Positions 9,701 through 23,400 of a stretch of 64,000 nt of DNA are shown here, one piece after another. Source of the stretch: Eledone cirrhosa (taxonomy: Eukaryota); contig OZ024762.1 in the NCBI GenBank assembly GCA_964016885.1, positions 29,760,001-29,824,000 on the forward strand, written 5' to 3'. Positions within the stretch are counted from its first letter, which is position 1. Every line of letters starts with the position of its first letter. The notes under the pieces were generated by a model. That model did not search any database and was not told the origin of the DNA. It saw only the letters and a list, made by a program, of their open reading frames with translations. The position numbers were made by a program, and so were the translations under genes.

Positions 9701-12700
9701 TGGCGGGTTTTCTACAGCTGGATGCTCTTCCTAACAGCAACCACATTTACAGTGTGGACTGGGAGATTTTTACCGTGTTGCCTACACGGCCACATTACAG
9801 CGTGGACTGTCTGGCGGGTTTTCTACGGCTGGATGCCCTTCCTAACACCAACCACATTTACAGTGTGGGGCTGGGAGGTTTTTACTGTGTTGCCTACACA
9901 GCCACATTACAGCGTGGACTGTCTGGCGGGTTTTCTACAGCTGGATGCCCTTCCTAACACCAACTACGTTTACAGTGTGGAACTGGGAGGTTTTTACCGT
10001 GTTGCCTACACGGCCACATTACAGCGTGGACTGTCTGGCGGGTTTTCTACGGCTGGATGCCCTTCCTAACACCAACCACATTTACAGTGTGGGCTGGGAG
10101 GTTTTTACCGTGTTGCCTACACGGCCACATTACAGTGTGGACTGTCTGGCGGGTTTTCTACAGCTGGATGCCCTTCCTAACACCAACTACGCTTACAGTG
10201 TGGAACTGGGAGGTTTTTACCGTGTTGCCTACACGGCCACATTACAGCGTGGACTGTCTGGCGGGTTTTCTACAGCTGGATGCCCTTCCTAACACCAACC
10301 ACATTTACAGTGTGGACTGGGAGATTTTTACCGTGTTGCCTACACGGCCACATTACAGCGTGGACTGTCTGGCGGGTTTTCTACGGCTGGATGCCCTTCC
10401 TAACACCAACCACATTTACAGTGTGGACTGGGAGGTTTTTACCGTGTTGCCTACACGGCCACATTACAGCGTGGACTGTCTGGCGGGTTTTCTACAGCTG
10501 GATGCCCTTCCTAACAACAACCACATTTACAGTGTGGACTGGGAGATTTTTACCGTGTTGCCTACACGGCCACATTACAGCGTGGACTGTCTGGCGGGTT
10601 TTCTACGGCTGGATGCCCTTCCTAACACCAACCACATTTACAGTGTGGACTGGGAGGTTTTTACCGTGTTGCCTACAAGGCCACATTACAGCGTGGACTG
10701 TCTGGCGGGTTATCTACGGCTGGATGCCCTTCCTAACACCAACCACATTTACATTGTGGACAGGGAGATTTTTACCGTGTTGCCTACACGGCCACATTAC
10801 AGCGTGGACTGTCTGGCGGGTTTTCTACAGCTGGATGCCCTTCCTAACACCAACCACATTTACAGTGTGGACTGGGAGATTTTTACCGTGTTGCCTACAC
10901 GGCCACATTACAGCGTGGACTGTCTGGCGGGTTTTCTACGGCTGGATGCCCTTCCTAACACCAACCACATTTACAGTGTGGACTGGGAGGTTTTTACCGT
11001 GTTGCCTACAAGGCCACATTACAGCGTGGACTGTCTAGCGGGTTATCTACGGCTGGATGCCCTTCCTAACACCAACCACATTTACAGTGTGGACTGGGAG
11101 GTTTTTACCGTGTTGCCTACACGGCCACATTACAGCGTGGACTGTCTGGCGGGTTTTCTACAGCTGGATGCCCTTCCTAACACCAACTACGTTTACAGTG
11201 TGGAACTGGGAGGTTTTTCCCGTGTTGCCTACACGGCCACATTACAGCGTGGACTGTCTGGCGGGTTTTCTACAGCTGGATGCCCTTCCTAACACCAACC
11301 ACATTTACAGTGTGGACTGGGAGATCTTTACCGTGTTGCCTACACGGCCACATTACAGCGTGGACTGTCTGGCGGGTTTTCTACGGCTGGATGCCCTTCG
11401 TAACACCAACCACATTTACAGTGTGGACTGGGAGGTTTTTACCGTGTTGTCTACACGGCCACATTACAGCGTGGACTGTCTGGCGGGTTATCTACGGCTG
11501 GATGCCCTTCCTAACACCAACCACATTTACAGTGTGGAACTGGGAGGTTTTTACCGTGTTGCCTACACGGCCACATTACAGCGTGGACTGTCTGGCGGGT
11601 TTTCTACGGCTGGATGCTATTCCTAACACCAACCACATTTACATTTTGGACTGGGAGATTTTTACCGTGTTGCCTACACGGCCACATTACAGCGTGGACT
11701 GTCTGGCGGGTTATCTACGGCTGGATGCCCTTCCTAACACCAACCACATTTACAGTGTGGAACTGGGAGGTTTTTACCGTGTTGCCTACACGGCCACATT
11801 ACAGCGTGGACTGTCTGGCGGGTTTTCTACGGCTGGATGCTATTCCTAACACCAACCACATTTACAGTGTGGACTGGGAGATTTTTACCGTGTTGCCTAC
11901 ACGGCCACATTACAGCGTGGACTGTCTGGCGGGTTATCTACGGCTGGATGCCCTTCCTAACACCAACCACATTTACAGTGTGGACTGGGAGGTTTTTACC
12001 GTGTTGCCTACACGGCCACATTACAGCGTGGACTGTCTGGCGGGTTTTCTACGGCTGGATGCCCTTCCTAACACCAACCACATTTACATTGTGGACTGGG
12101 AGATTTTACCGTGTTGCCTACACGGCCACATTACAGCGTGGACTGACTGGCAAGTTTTCTACAGCTGGATGCTCTTCCTAACACCAACCACATTTACAGT
12201 GTGGACTGGGAGATTTTTACCGTGTTGCCTACACGGCCACATTACAGCGTGGACTGTCTGGCGGGTTTTCTACGGCTGCATGCCCTTCCTAACACCAACC
12301 ACATTTACAGTGTGGGGCTGGGAGGTTTTTACTGTGTTGCCTACACAGCCACATTACAGTGTGGACTGTCTGGCGGGTTTTCTACAGCTGGATGCCCTTC
12401 CTAACACCAACTACGTTTACAGTGTGGAACTGGGAGGTTTTTACCGTGTTGCCTACACGGCCACATTACAGCGTGGACTGTCTGGCGGGTTTTCTACGGC
12501 TGGATGCCCTTCCTAACACCAACCACATTTACAGTGTGGGCTGGGAGGTTTTTACCGTGTTGCCTACACGGCCACATTACAGCGTGGACTGTCTGGCGGG
12601 TTTTCTACAGCTGGATGCCCTTCCTAACACCAACCACATTTACAGTGTGGACTGGGAGATCTTTACCGTGTTGCCTACACGGCCACATTACAGCGTGGAC

Positions 12701-15700
12701 TGTCTGGCGGGTTTTCTACGGCTGGATGCCCTTCCTAACACCAACCACATTTACAGTGTGGACTGGGAGGTTTTTACCGTGTTGTCTACACGGCCAAATT
12801 ACAGCGTGGACTGTCTGGCGGGTTATCTACGGCTGGATGCCCTTCCTAACACCAACCACATTTACAGTGTGGAACTGGGAGGTTTTTACCGTGTTGCCTA
12901 CACGGCCACATTACAGCGTGGACTGTCTGGCGGGTTTTCTACGGCTGGATGCTATTCCTAACACCAACCACATTTACATTTTGGACTGGGAGATTTTTAC
13001 CGTGTTGCCTACACGGCCACATTACAGCGTGGACTGTCTGGCGGGTTATCTACGGCTGGATGCCCTTCCTAACACCAACCACATTTACAGTGTGGAACTG
13101 GGAGGTTTTTACCGTGTTGCCTACACGGCCACATTACAGCGTGGACTGTCTGGCGGGTTTTCTACGGCTGGATGCTATTCCTAACACCAACCACATTTAC
13201 AGTGTGGACTGGGAGATTTTTACCGTGTTGCCTACACGGCCACATTACAGCGTGGACTGTCTGGCGGGTTATCTACGGCTGGATGCCCTTCCTAACACCA
13301 ACCACATTTACAGTGTGGACTGGGAGGTTTTTACCGTGTTGCCTACACGGCCACATTACAGCGTGGACTGTCTGGCGGGTTTTCTACGGCTGGATGCCCT
13401 TCCTAACACCAACCACATTTACATTGTGGACTGGGAGATTTTTACCGTGTTGCCTACACGGCCACATTACAGCGTGGACTGACTGGCAGGTTTTCTACAG
13501 CTGGATGCTCTTCCTAACACCAACCACATTTACAGTGTGGACTGGGAGATTTTTACCGTGTTGCCTACACGGCCACATTACAGCGTGGACTGTCTGGCGG
13601 GTTTTCTACGGCTGCATGCCCTTCCTAACACCAACCACATTTACAGTGTGGGGCTGGGAGGTTTTTACTGTGTTGCCTACACAGCCACATTACAGTGTGG
13701 ACTGTCTGGCGGGTTTTCTACAGCTGGATGCCCTTCCTAACACCAACTACGTTTACAGTGTGGAACTGGGAGGTTTTTACCGTGTTGCCTACACGGCCAC
13801 ATTACAGCGTGGACTGTCTGGCGGGTTTTCTACGGCTGGATGCCCTTCCTAACACCAACCACATTTACAGTGTGGGCTGGGAGGTTTTTACCGTGTTGCC
13901 TACACGGCCACATTACAGTGTGGACTGTCTGGCGGGTTTTCTACAGCTGGATGCCCTTCCTAACACCAACTACGCTTACAGTGTGGGACTGGGAGGTTTT
14001 TACCGTGTTGCCTACACGGCCACATTACAGCGTGGACTGTCTGGCGGGTTTTCTACAGCTGGATGCCCTTCCTAACACCAACCACATTTACAGTGTGGAC
14101 TGGGAGATTTTTACCGTGTTGCCTACACGGCCACATTACAGCGTGGCCTGTCTGGCGGGTTTTCTACGGCTGGATGCCCTTCCTAACACCAACCACATTT
14201 ACAGTGTGGACTGGGAGGTTTTTACCGTGTTGCCTACAAGGCCACATTACAGCGTGGACTGTCTGGCGGGTTTTCTACGGCTGGATGCCCTTCCTAACAC
14301 CAACCACATTTACATTGTGGACTGGGAGATTTTTACCGTGTTGCCTACACGGCCACATTACAGCGTGGACTGACTGGCGGGTTTTCTACAGCTGGATGCT
14401 CTTCCTAACACCAACCACATTTACAGTGTGGACTGGGAGATTTTTACCATGTTGCCTACACGGCCACATTACAGCGTGGACTGTCTGGCGGGTTTTCTAC
14501 GGCTGGATGCCCTTCCTAACACCAACCACATTTAGTTTGGGGTTGCGTGGTTTTTACCGTGTTGCCTACACGGCCACATTACAGCGTGGACTGTCTGGCG
14601 GGTTTTCTACGGCTGGATACCCTTCCTAACACCAACCACATTTACAGTGTGGACTGGGAGGTTTTTACCGTGTTGCCTACACGGCCACATTACAGCGTGG
14701 ACTGTCTGGCGGGTTATCTACGGCTGGATGCCCTTCCTAACACCAACCACATTTACAGTGTGGACTGGGAGGGTTTTACCGTGTTGCCTACACGGCCACA
14801 TTACAGCGTGGACTGTCTGGCGGGTTTTCTACGGCTGGATGCCCTTCCTAACACCAACCACATTTACATTGTGGACTGGGAGATTTTTACCGTGTTGCCT
14901 ACACGGCCACATTACAGCGTGGACTGTCTGGCGGGTTTTCTACGGCTGGATGCCCTTCCTAACACCAACCACATTTACATTGTGGACTGGGAGATTTTTA
15001 CCGTGTTGCCTACACGGCCACATTACAGCGTGGACTGTCTGGCGGGTTATCTACGGCTGGATGCCCTTCCTAACACCAACCACATTTACAGTGTGGAACT
15101 GGGAGGTTTTTACCGTGTTGCCTACACGGCCACATTACAGCGTGGACTGTCTGGCGGGTTTTCTACGGCTGGATGCTATTCCTAACACCAACCACATTTA
15201 CAGTGTGGACTGGGAGATTTTTACCGTGTTGCCTACACGGCCACATTACAGCGTGGACTTACTGGCGGGTTTTCTACAGCTGGATGCTCTTCCTAACAGC
15301 AACCACATTTACAGTGTGGACTGGGAGATTTTTACCGTGTTGCCTACACGGCCACATTACAGCGTGGACTGTCTGGCGGGTTTTCTACGGCTGGATGCCC
15401 TTCCTAACACCAACCACATTTACAGTGTGGGGCTGGGAGGTTTTTACTGTGTTGCCTACACAGCCACATTACAGCGTGGACTGTCTGGCGGGTTTTCTAC
15501 AGCTGGATGCCCTTCCTAACACCAACTACGTTTACAGTGTGGAACTGGGAGGTTTTTACCGTGTTGCCTACACGGCCACATTACAGCGTGGACTGTCTGG
15601 CGGGTTTTCTACGGCTGGATGCCCTTCCTAACACCAACCACATTTACAGTGTGGGCTGGGAGGTTTTTACCGTGTTGCCTACACGGCCACATTACAGTGT

Positions 15701-18700
15701 GGACTGTCTGGCGGGTTTTCTACAGCTGGATGCCCTTCCTAACACCAACTACGCTTACAGTGTGGAACTGGGAGGTTTTTACCGTGTTGCCTACACGGCC
15801 ACATTACAGCGTGGACTGTCTGGCGGGTTTTCTACAGCTGGATGCCCTTCCTAACACCAACCACATTTACAGTGTGGACTGGGAGATTTTTACCGTGTTG
15901 CCTACACGGCCACATTACAGCGTGGACTGTCTGGCGGGTTTTCTACGGCTGGATGCCCTTCCTAACACCAACCACATTTACAGTGTGGACTGGGAGGTTT
16001 TTACCGTGTTGCCTACACGGCCACATTACAGCGTGGACTGTCTGGCGGGTTTTCTACAGCTGGATGCCCTTCCTAACAACAACCACATTTACAGTGTGGA
16101 CTGGGAGATTTTTACCGTGTTGCCTACACGGCCACATTACAGCGTGGACTGTCTGGCGGGTTTTCTACGGCTGGATGCCCTTCCTAACACCAACCACATT
16201 TACAGTGTGGACTGGGAGGTTTTTACCGTGTTGCCTACAAGGCCACATTACAGCGTGGACTGTCTGGCGGGTTATCTACGGCTGGATGCCCTTCCTAACA
16301 CCAACCACATTTACATTGTGGACAGGGAGATTTTTACCGTGTTGCCTACACGGCCACATTACAGCGTGGACTGTCTGGCGGGTTTTCTACAGCTGGATGC
16401 CCTTCCTAACACCAACCACATTTACAGTGTGGACTGGGAGATTTTTACCGTGTTGCCTACACGGCCACATTACAGCGTGGACTGTCTGGCGGGTTTTCTA
16501 CGGCTGGATGCCCTTCCTAACACCAACCACATTTACAGTGTGGACTGGGAGGTTTTTACCGTGTTGCCTACAAGGCCACATTACAGCGTGGACTGTCTAG
16601 CGGGTTATCTACGGCTGGATGCCCTTCCTAACACCAACCACATTTACAGTGTGGACTGGGAGGTTTTTACCGTGTTGCCTACACGGCCACATTACAGCGT
16701 GGACTGTCTGGCGGGTTTTCTACAGCTGGATGCCCTTCCTAACACCAACTACGTTTACAGTGTGGAACTGGGAGGTTTTTCCCGTGTTGCCTACACGGCC
16801 ACATTACAGCGTGGACTGTCTGGCGGGTTTTCTACAGCTGGATGCCCTTCCTAACACCAACCACATTTACAGTGTGGACTGGGAGATCTTTACCGTGTTG
16901 CCTACACGGCCACATTACAGCGTGGACTGTCTGGCGGGTTTTCTACGGCTGGATGCCCTTCGTAACACCAACCACATTTACAGTGTGGACTGGGAGGTTT
17001 TTACCGTGTTGTCTACACGGCCACATTACAGCGTGGACTGTCTGGCGGGTTATCTACGGCTGGATGCCCTTCCTAACACCAACCACATTTACAGTGTGGA
17101 ACTGGGAGGTTTTTACCGTGTTGCCTACACGGCCACATTACAGCGTGGACTGTCTGGCGGGTTTTCTACGGCTGGATGCTATTCCTAACACCAACCACAT
17201 TTACATTTTGGACTGGGAGATTTTTACCGTGTTGCCTACACGGCCACATTACAGCGTGGACTGTCTGGCGGGTTATCTACGGCTGGATGCCCTTCCTAAC
17301 ACCAACCACATTTACAGTGTGGAACTGGGAGGTTTTTACCGTGTTGCCTACACGGCCACATTACAGCGTGGACTGTCTGGCGGGTTTTCTACGGCTGGAT
17401 GCTATTCCTAACACCAACCACATTTACAGTGTGGACTGGGAGATTTTTACCGTGTTGCCTACACGGCCACATTACAGCGTGGACTGTCTGGCGGGTTATC
17501 TACGGCTGGATGCCCTTCCTAACACCAACCACATTTACAGTGTGGACTGGGAGGTTTTTACCGTGTTGCCTACACGGCCACATTACAGCGTGGACTGTCT
17601 GGCGGGTTTTCTACGGCTGGATGCCCTTCCTAACACCAACCACATTTACATTGTGGACTGGGAGATTTTACCGTGTTGCCTACACGGCCACATTACAGCG
17701 TGGACTGACTGGCAAGTTTTCTACAGCTGGATGCTCTTCCTAACACCAACCACATTTACAGTGTGGACTGGGAGATTTTTACCGTGTTGCCTACACGGCC
17801 ACATTACAGCGTGGACTGTCTGGCGGGTTTTCTACGGCTGCATGCCCTTCCTAACACCAACCACATTTACAGTGTGGGGCTGGGAGGTTTTTACTGTGTT
17901 GCCTACACAGCCACATTACAGTGTGGACTGTCTGGCGGGTTTTCTACAGCTGGATGCCCTTCCTAACACCAACTACGTTTACAGTGTGGAACTGGGAGGT
18001 TTTTACCGTGTTGCCTACACGGCCACATTACAGCGTGGACTGTCTGGCGGGTTTTCTACGGCTGGATGCCCTTCCTAACACCAACCACATTTACAGTGTG
18101 GGCTGGGAGGTTTTTACCGTGTTGCCTACACGGCCACATTACAGCGTGGACTGTCTGGCGGGTTTTCTACAGCTGGATGCCCTTCCTAACACCAACCACA
18201 TTTACAGTGTGGACTGGGAGATCTTTACCGTGTTGCCTACACGGCCACATTACAGCGTGGACTGTCTGGCGGGTTTTCTACGGCTGGATGCCCTTCCTAA
18301 CACCAACCACATTTACAGTGTGGACTGGGAGGTTTTTACCGTGTTGTCTACACGGCCAAATTACAGCGTGGACTGTCTGGCGGGTTATCTACGGCTGGAT
18401 GCCCTTCCTAACACCAACCACATTTACAGTGTGGAACTGGGAGGTTTTTACCGTGTTGCCTACACGGCCACATTACAGCGTGGACTGTCTGGCGGGTTTT
18501 CTACGGCTGGATGCTATTCCTAACACCAACCACATTTACATTTTGGACTGGGAGATTTTTACCGTGTTGCCTACACGGCCACATTACAGCGTGGACTGTC
18601 TGGCGGGTTATCTACGGCTGGATGCCCTTCCTAACACCAACCACATTTACAGTGTGGAACTGGGAGGTTTTTACCGTGTTGCCTACACGGCCACATTACA

Positions 18701-20400
18701 GCGTGGACTGTCTGGCGGGTTTTCTACGGCTGGATGCTATTCCTAACACCAACCACATTTACAGTGTGGACTGGGAGATTTTTACCGTGTTGCCTACACG
18801 GCCACATTACAGCGTGGACTGTCTGGCGGGTTATCTACGGCTGGATGCCCTTCCTAACACCAACCACATTTACAGTGTGGACTGGGAGGTTTTTACCGTG
18901 TTGCCTACACGGCCACATTACAGCGTGGACTGTCTGGCGGGTTTTCTACGGCTGGATGCCCTTCCTAACACCAACCACATTTACATTGTGGACTGGGAGA
19001 TTTTTACCGTGTTGCCTACACGGCCACATTACAGCGTGGACTGACTGGCAGGTTTTCTACAGCTGGATGCTCTTCCTAACACCAACCACATTTACAGTGT
19101 GGACTGGGAGATTTTTACCGTGTTGCCTACACGGCCACATTACAGCGTGGACTGTCTGGCGGGTTTTCTACGGCTGCATGCCCTTCCTAACACCAACCAC
19201 ATTTACAGTGTGGGGCTGGGAGGTTTTTACTGTGTTGCCTACACAGCCACATTACAGTGTGGACTGTCTGGCGGGTTTTCTACAGCTGGATGCCCTTCCT
19301 AACACCAACTACGTTTACAGTGTGGAACTGGGAGGTTTTTACCGTGTTGCCTACACGGCCACATTACAGCGTGGACTGTCTGGCGGGTTTTCTACGGCTG
19401 GATGCCCTTCCTAACACCAACCACATTTACAGTGTGGGCTGGGAGGTTTTTACCGTGTTGCCTACACGGCCACATTACAGTGTGGACTGTCTGGCGGGTT
19501 TTCTACAGCTGGATGCCCTTCCTAACACCAACTACGCTTACAGTGTGGGACTGGGAGGTTTTTACCGTGTTGCCTACACGGCCACATTACAGCGTGGACT
19601 GTCTGGCGGGTTTTCTACAGCTGGATGCCCTTCCTAACACCAACCACATTTACAGTGTGGACTGGGAGATTTTTACCGTGTTGCCTACACGGCCACATTA
19701 CAGCGTGGCCTGTCTGGCGGGTTTTCTACGGCTGGATGCCCTTCCTAACACCAACCACATTTACAGTGTGGACTGGGAGGTTTTTACCGTGTTGCCTACA
19801 AGGCCACATTACAGCGTGGACTGTCTGGCGGGTTTTCTACGGCTGGATGCCCTTCCTAACACCAACCACATTTACATTGTGGACTGGGAGATTTTTACCG
19901 TGTTGCCTACACGGCCACATTACAGCGTGGACTGACTGGCGGGTTTTCTACAGCTGGATGCTCTTCCTAACACCAACCACATTTACAGTGTGGACTGGGA
20001 GATTTTTACCATGTTGCCTACACGGCCACATTACAGCGTGGACTGTCTGGCGGGTTTTCTACGGCTGGATGCCCTTCCTAACACCAACCACATTTAGTTT
20101 GGGGTTGCGTGGTTTTTACCGTGTTGCCTACACGGCCACATTACAGCGTGGACTGTCTGGCGGGTTTTCTACGGCTGGATGCCCTTCCTAACACCAACCA
20201 CATTTACAGTGTGGACTGGGAGGTTTTTACCGTGTTGCCTACACGGCCACATTACAGCGTGGACTGTCTGGCGGGTTTTCTACGGCTGGATACCCTTCCT
20301 AACACCAACCACATTTACAGTGTGGACTGGGAGGTTTTTACCGTGTTGCCTACACGGCCACATTACAGCGTGGACTGTCTGGCGGGTTATCTACGGCTGG
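3750..20400. repeat. Higher-order repeat domain 1: about three tandem copies of a ~5.6-kb (50-51 monomer) unit, with a further partial copy at 1-1030
   Basis: Identical variant patterns recur at offsets of 5674/5673 and 5562 bp (ORF-track anchors 5606/11280/16842, 3937/9611/15173, 8390/14063/19625) and 5452 bp (154/5606). Markers include TTTTTCCCGT, CCTTCGTAAC, GACAGGGAG, CTGTCTAGCG, GCTATTCC and ACATTTTGGA. Confidence 0.92.
5600..8230. repeat. Nested 12-monomer (1336 bp) tandem duplication inside the 5.6-kb unit
   Basis: Anchors 5940/7276, 6163/7499, 6528/7864 and 6686/8022 are all 1336 bp apart. The duplication reappears in the next units (11614/12949, 17176/18511; 1335 bp). Confidence 0.9.
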
Positions 20401-23400
20401 ATGCCCTTCCTAACACCAACCACATTTACAGTGTGGACTGGGAGGTTTTTACCGTGTTGCCTACACGGCCACATTACAGCGTGGACTGTCTGGCGGGTTT
20501 TCTACGGCTGGATGCCCTTCCTAACACCAACCACATTTACATTGTGGACTGGGAGATTTTTACCGTGTTGCCTACACGGCCACATTACAGCGTGGACTGA
20601 CTGGCGGGTTTTCTACAGCTGGATGCTCTTCCTAACACCAACAACATTTACAGTGTGGACTGGGAGATTTTTACCGTGTTGCCTACACGGCCACATTACA
20701 GCGTGGACTGTCTGGCGGGTTTTCTACGGCTGGATGCCCTTCCTAACACCAACCACATTTACAGTGTGGGGCTGGGAGGTTTTTACTGTGTTGCCTCCAC
20801 AGCCACATTACAGCGTGGACTGTCTGGCGGGTTTGCTACAGCTGGATGCCCTTCCTAACACCAACTACGTTTACAGGGTGGAACTGGGAGGTTTTTACCG
20901 TGTTGCCTACACGGCCACATTACAGCGTGGACTGTCTGGCGGGTTTTCTACGGCTGGATGCCCTTCCTAACACCAACCACATTTACAGTGTGGACTGGGA
21001 GATTTTTACCGTGTTGCCTACACGGCCACATTACAGCGTGGACTGTCTGGCGGGTTTTCTACGGCTGGATGCCCTTCCTAACACCAACCACATTTACAGT
21101 GTGGACTGGGAGGTTTTTACCGTGTTGCCTACACGGCCACATTACAGCGTGGACTGTCTGGCGGGTTTTCTACGGCTGGATGCCCTTCCTAACACCAACC
21201 ACATTTACAGTGTGGACTGGGAGGTTTTTACCGTGTTGCCTACACGGCCACATTACAGCGTGGACTGTCTGGCAGGTTTTCTACGGCTGGATGCCTTTCC
21301 TAACACCAACCACATTTAGTGTGGGGTTGCGAGGTTTTTACTGTGTTGCTTACACGGCCACATTATAGCGTGGACTGTCTGGCGGGTTTTCTACGGCTGG
21401 ATGCCCTTCCTAACACCAACCACATTTACAGTGTGGACTGGGAGGTTTTTACCGTGTTGCCTACACGGCCACATTACAGCGTGGACTGTCTGGCGGGTTA
21501 TCTACGGCTGGATGCCCTTCCTAACACCAACCACATTTACAGTGTGGACTGGGAGGTTTTTACCGTGTTGCATACACGGCCACATTACAGCGTGGACTGT
21601 CTGGCGGGTTTTCTACGGCTGGATGCCCTTCCTAACACCAACCACATTTACATTGTGGACTGGGAGATTTTTACCGTGTTGCCTACACGGCCACATTACA
21701 GCGTGGACTGACTGGCGGGTTTTCTACAGCTGGATGCTCTTCCTAACACCAACCACATTTACAGTGTGGACTGGGAGATTTTTACCGTGTTGCCTACACG
21801 GCCACATTACAGCGTGGACTGTCTGGCGGGTTTTCTACGGTTGGATGCCCTTCCTAACACCAACCACATTTACAGTGTGGGGCTGGGAGGTTTTTACTGT
21901 GTTGCCTACACAGCCACATTACAGCGTGGACTGTCTGGCGGGTTTTCTACAGCTGGATGCCCTTCCTAACACCAACTACGTTTACAGAGTGGAACTGGGA
22001 GGTTTTTACCGTGTTGCCTACACGGCCACATTACAGCGTGGACTGTCTGGCGGGTTTTCTACGGCTGGATGTCCTTCCTAACACCAACCACATTTACAGT
22101 GTGGGCTGGGAGGTTTTTACCGTGTTGCCTACACGGCCACATTACAGTGTGGACTGTCTGGCGGGTTTTCTACAGCTGGATGCCCTTCCTAACACCAACC
22201 ACATTTACATTGTGGACTGGGAGATTTCTACCGTGTTGCCTACACGGCCACATTACAGCGTGGACTGTCTGGCGGGTTTTCTACAGCTGGATGCCCTTCC
22301 TAACACCAACCACATTTACAGTGTGGACTGGGAGATTTTTACCGTGTTGCCTACACGGCCACATTTCAGCGTGGACTGTCTGGCGGGTTTTCTACTGCTG
22401 GATGCCCTTCCTAACACCAACCACATTTACAGTGTGGACTGGGAGGTTTTTACCGGGTTGCCTACACGGCCACATTACAGCGTGGACTGTCTGGCGGGTT
22501 ATCTACGGCTGGATGCCCTTCCTAACACCAACCACATTTACAGTGTGGACTGGGAGGTTTTTACCGTGTTGCCTACACGGCCACATTACAGCGTGGACTG
22601 TCTGGCGGGTTTTCTACAGCTGGATGCCCTTCCTAACACCAACTACGCTTACAGTGTGGAACTGGGAGGTTTTTACCGTGTTGCCTACACGGCCACATTA
22701 CAGCGTGGACTGTCTGGCGGGTTTTCTACAGCTGGATGCCCTTCCTAACACCAACCACATTTACAGTGTGGACTGGGAGATTTTTACCGTGTTGCCTACA
22801 CGGCCACATTACAGCGTGGACTGTCTGGCGGGTTTTCTACGGCTGGATGCCCTTCCTAACACCAACCACATTTACAGTGTGGACTGGGAGGTTTTTACCG
22901 TGTTGCCTACACGGCCACATTACAGCGTTGACTGTCTGGCGGGTTTTCTACGGCTGGATGCCCTTCCTAACACCAACCACATTTACAGTGTGGACTGAGA
23001 GGTTTTTACCGTGTTGCCTACACGGCCACATTACAGCGTGGACTGTCTGGCGGGTTTTCTACGGCTGGATGCCCTTCCTAACACCAACCACATTTAGTGT
23101 GGGGTTGCGAGGTTTTTACTGTGTTGCTTACACGGCCACATTATAGCGTGGACTGTCTGGCGGGTTTTCTACGGCTGGATGCCCTTCCTAACACCAACCA
23201 CATTTACAGTGTGGACTGGGAGGTTTTTACCGTGTTGCCTACACGGCCACATTACAGCGTGGACTGTCTGGCGGGTTATCTACGGCTGGATGCCCTTCCT
23301 AACACCAACCACATTTACAGTGTGGACTGGGAGGTTTTTACCGTGTTGCCTACACGGCCACATTACAGCGTGGACTGTCTGGCGGGTTTTCTACGGCTGG

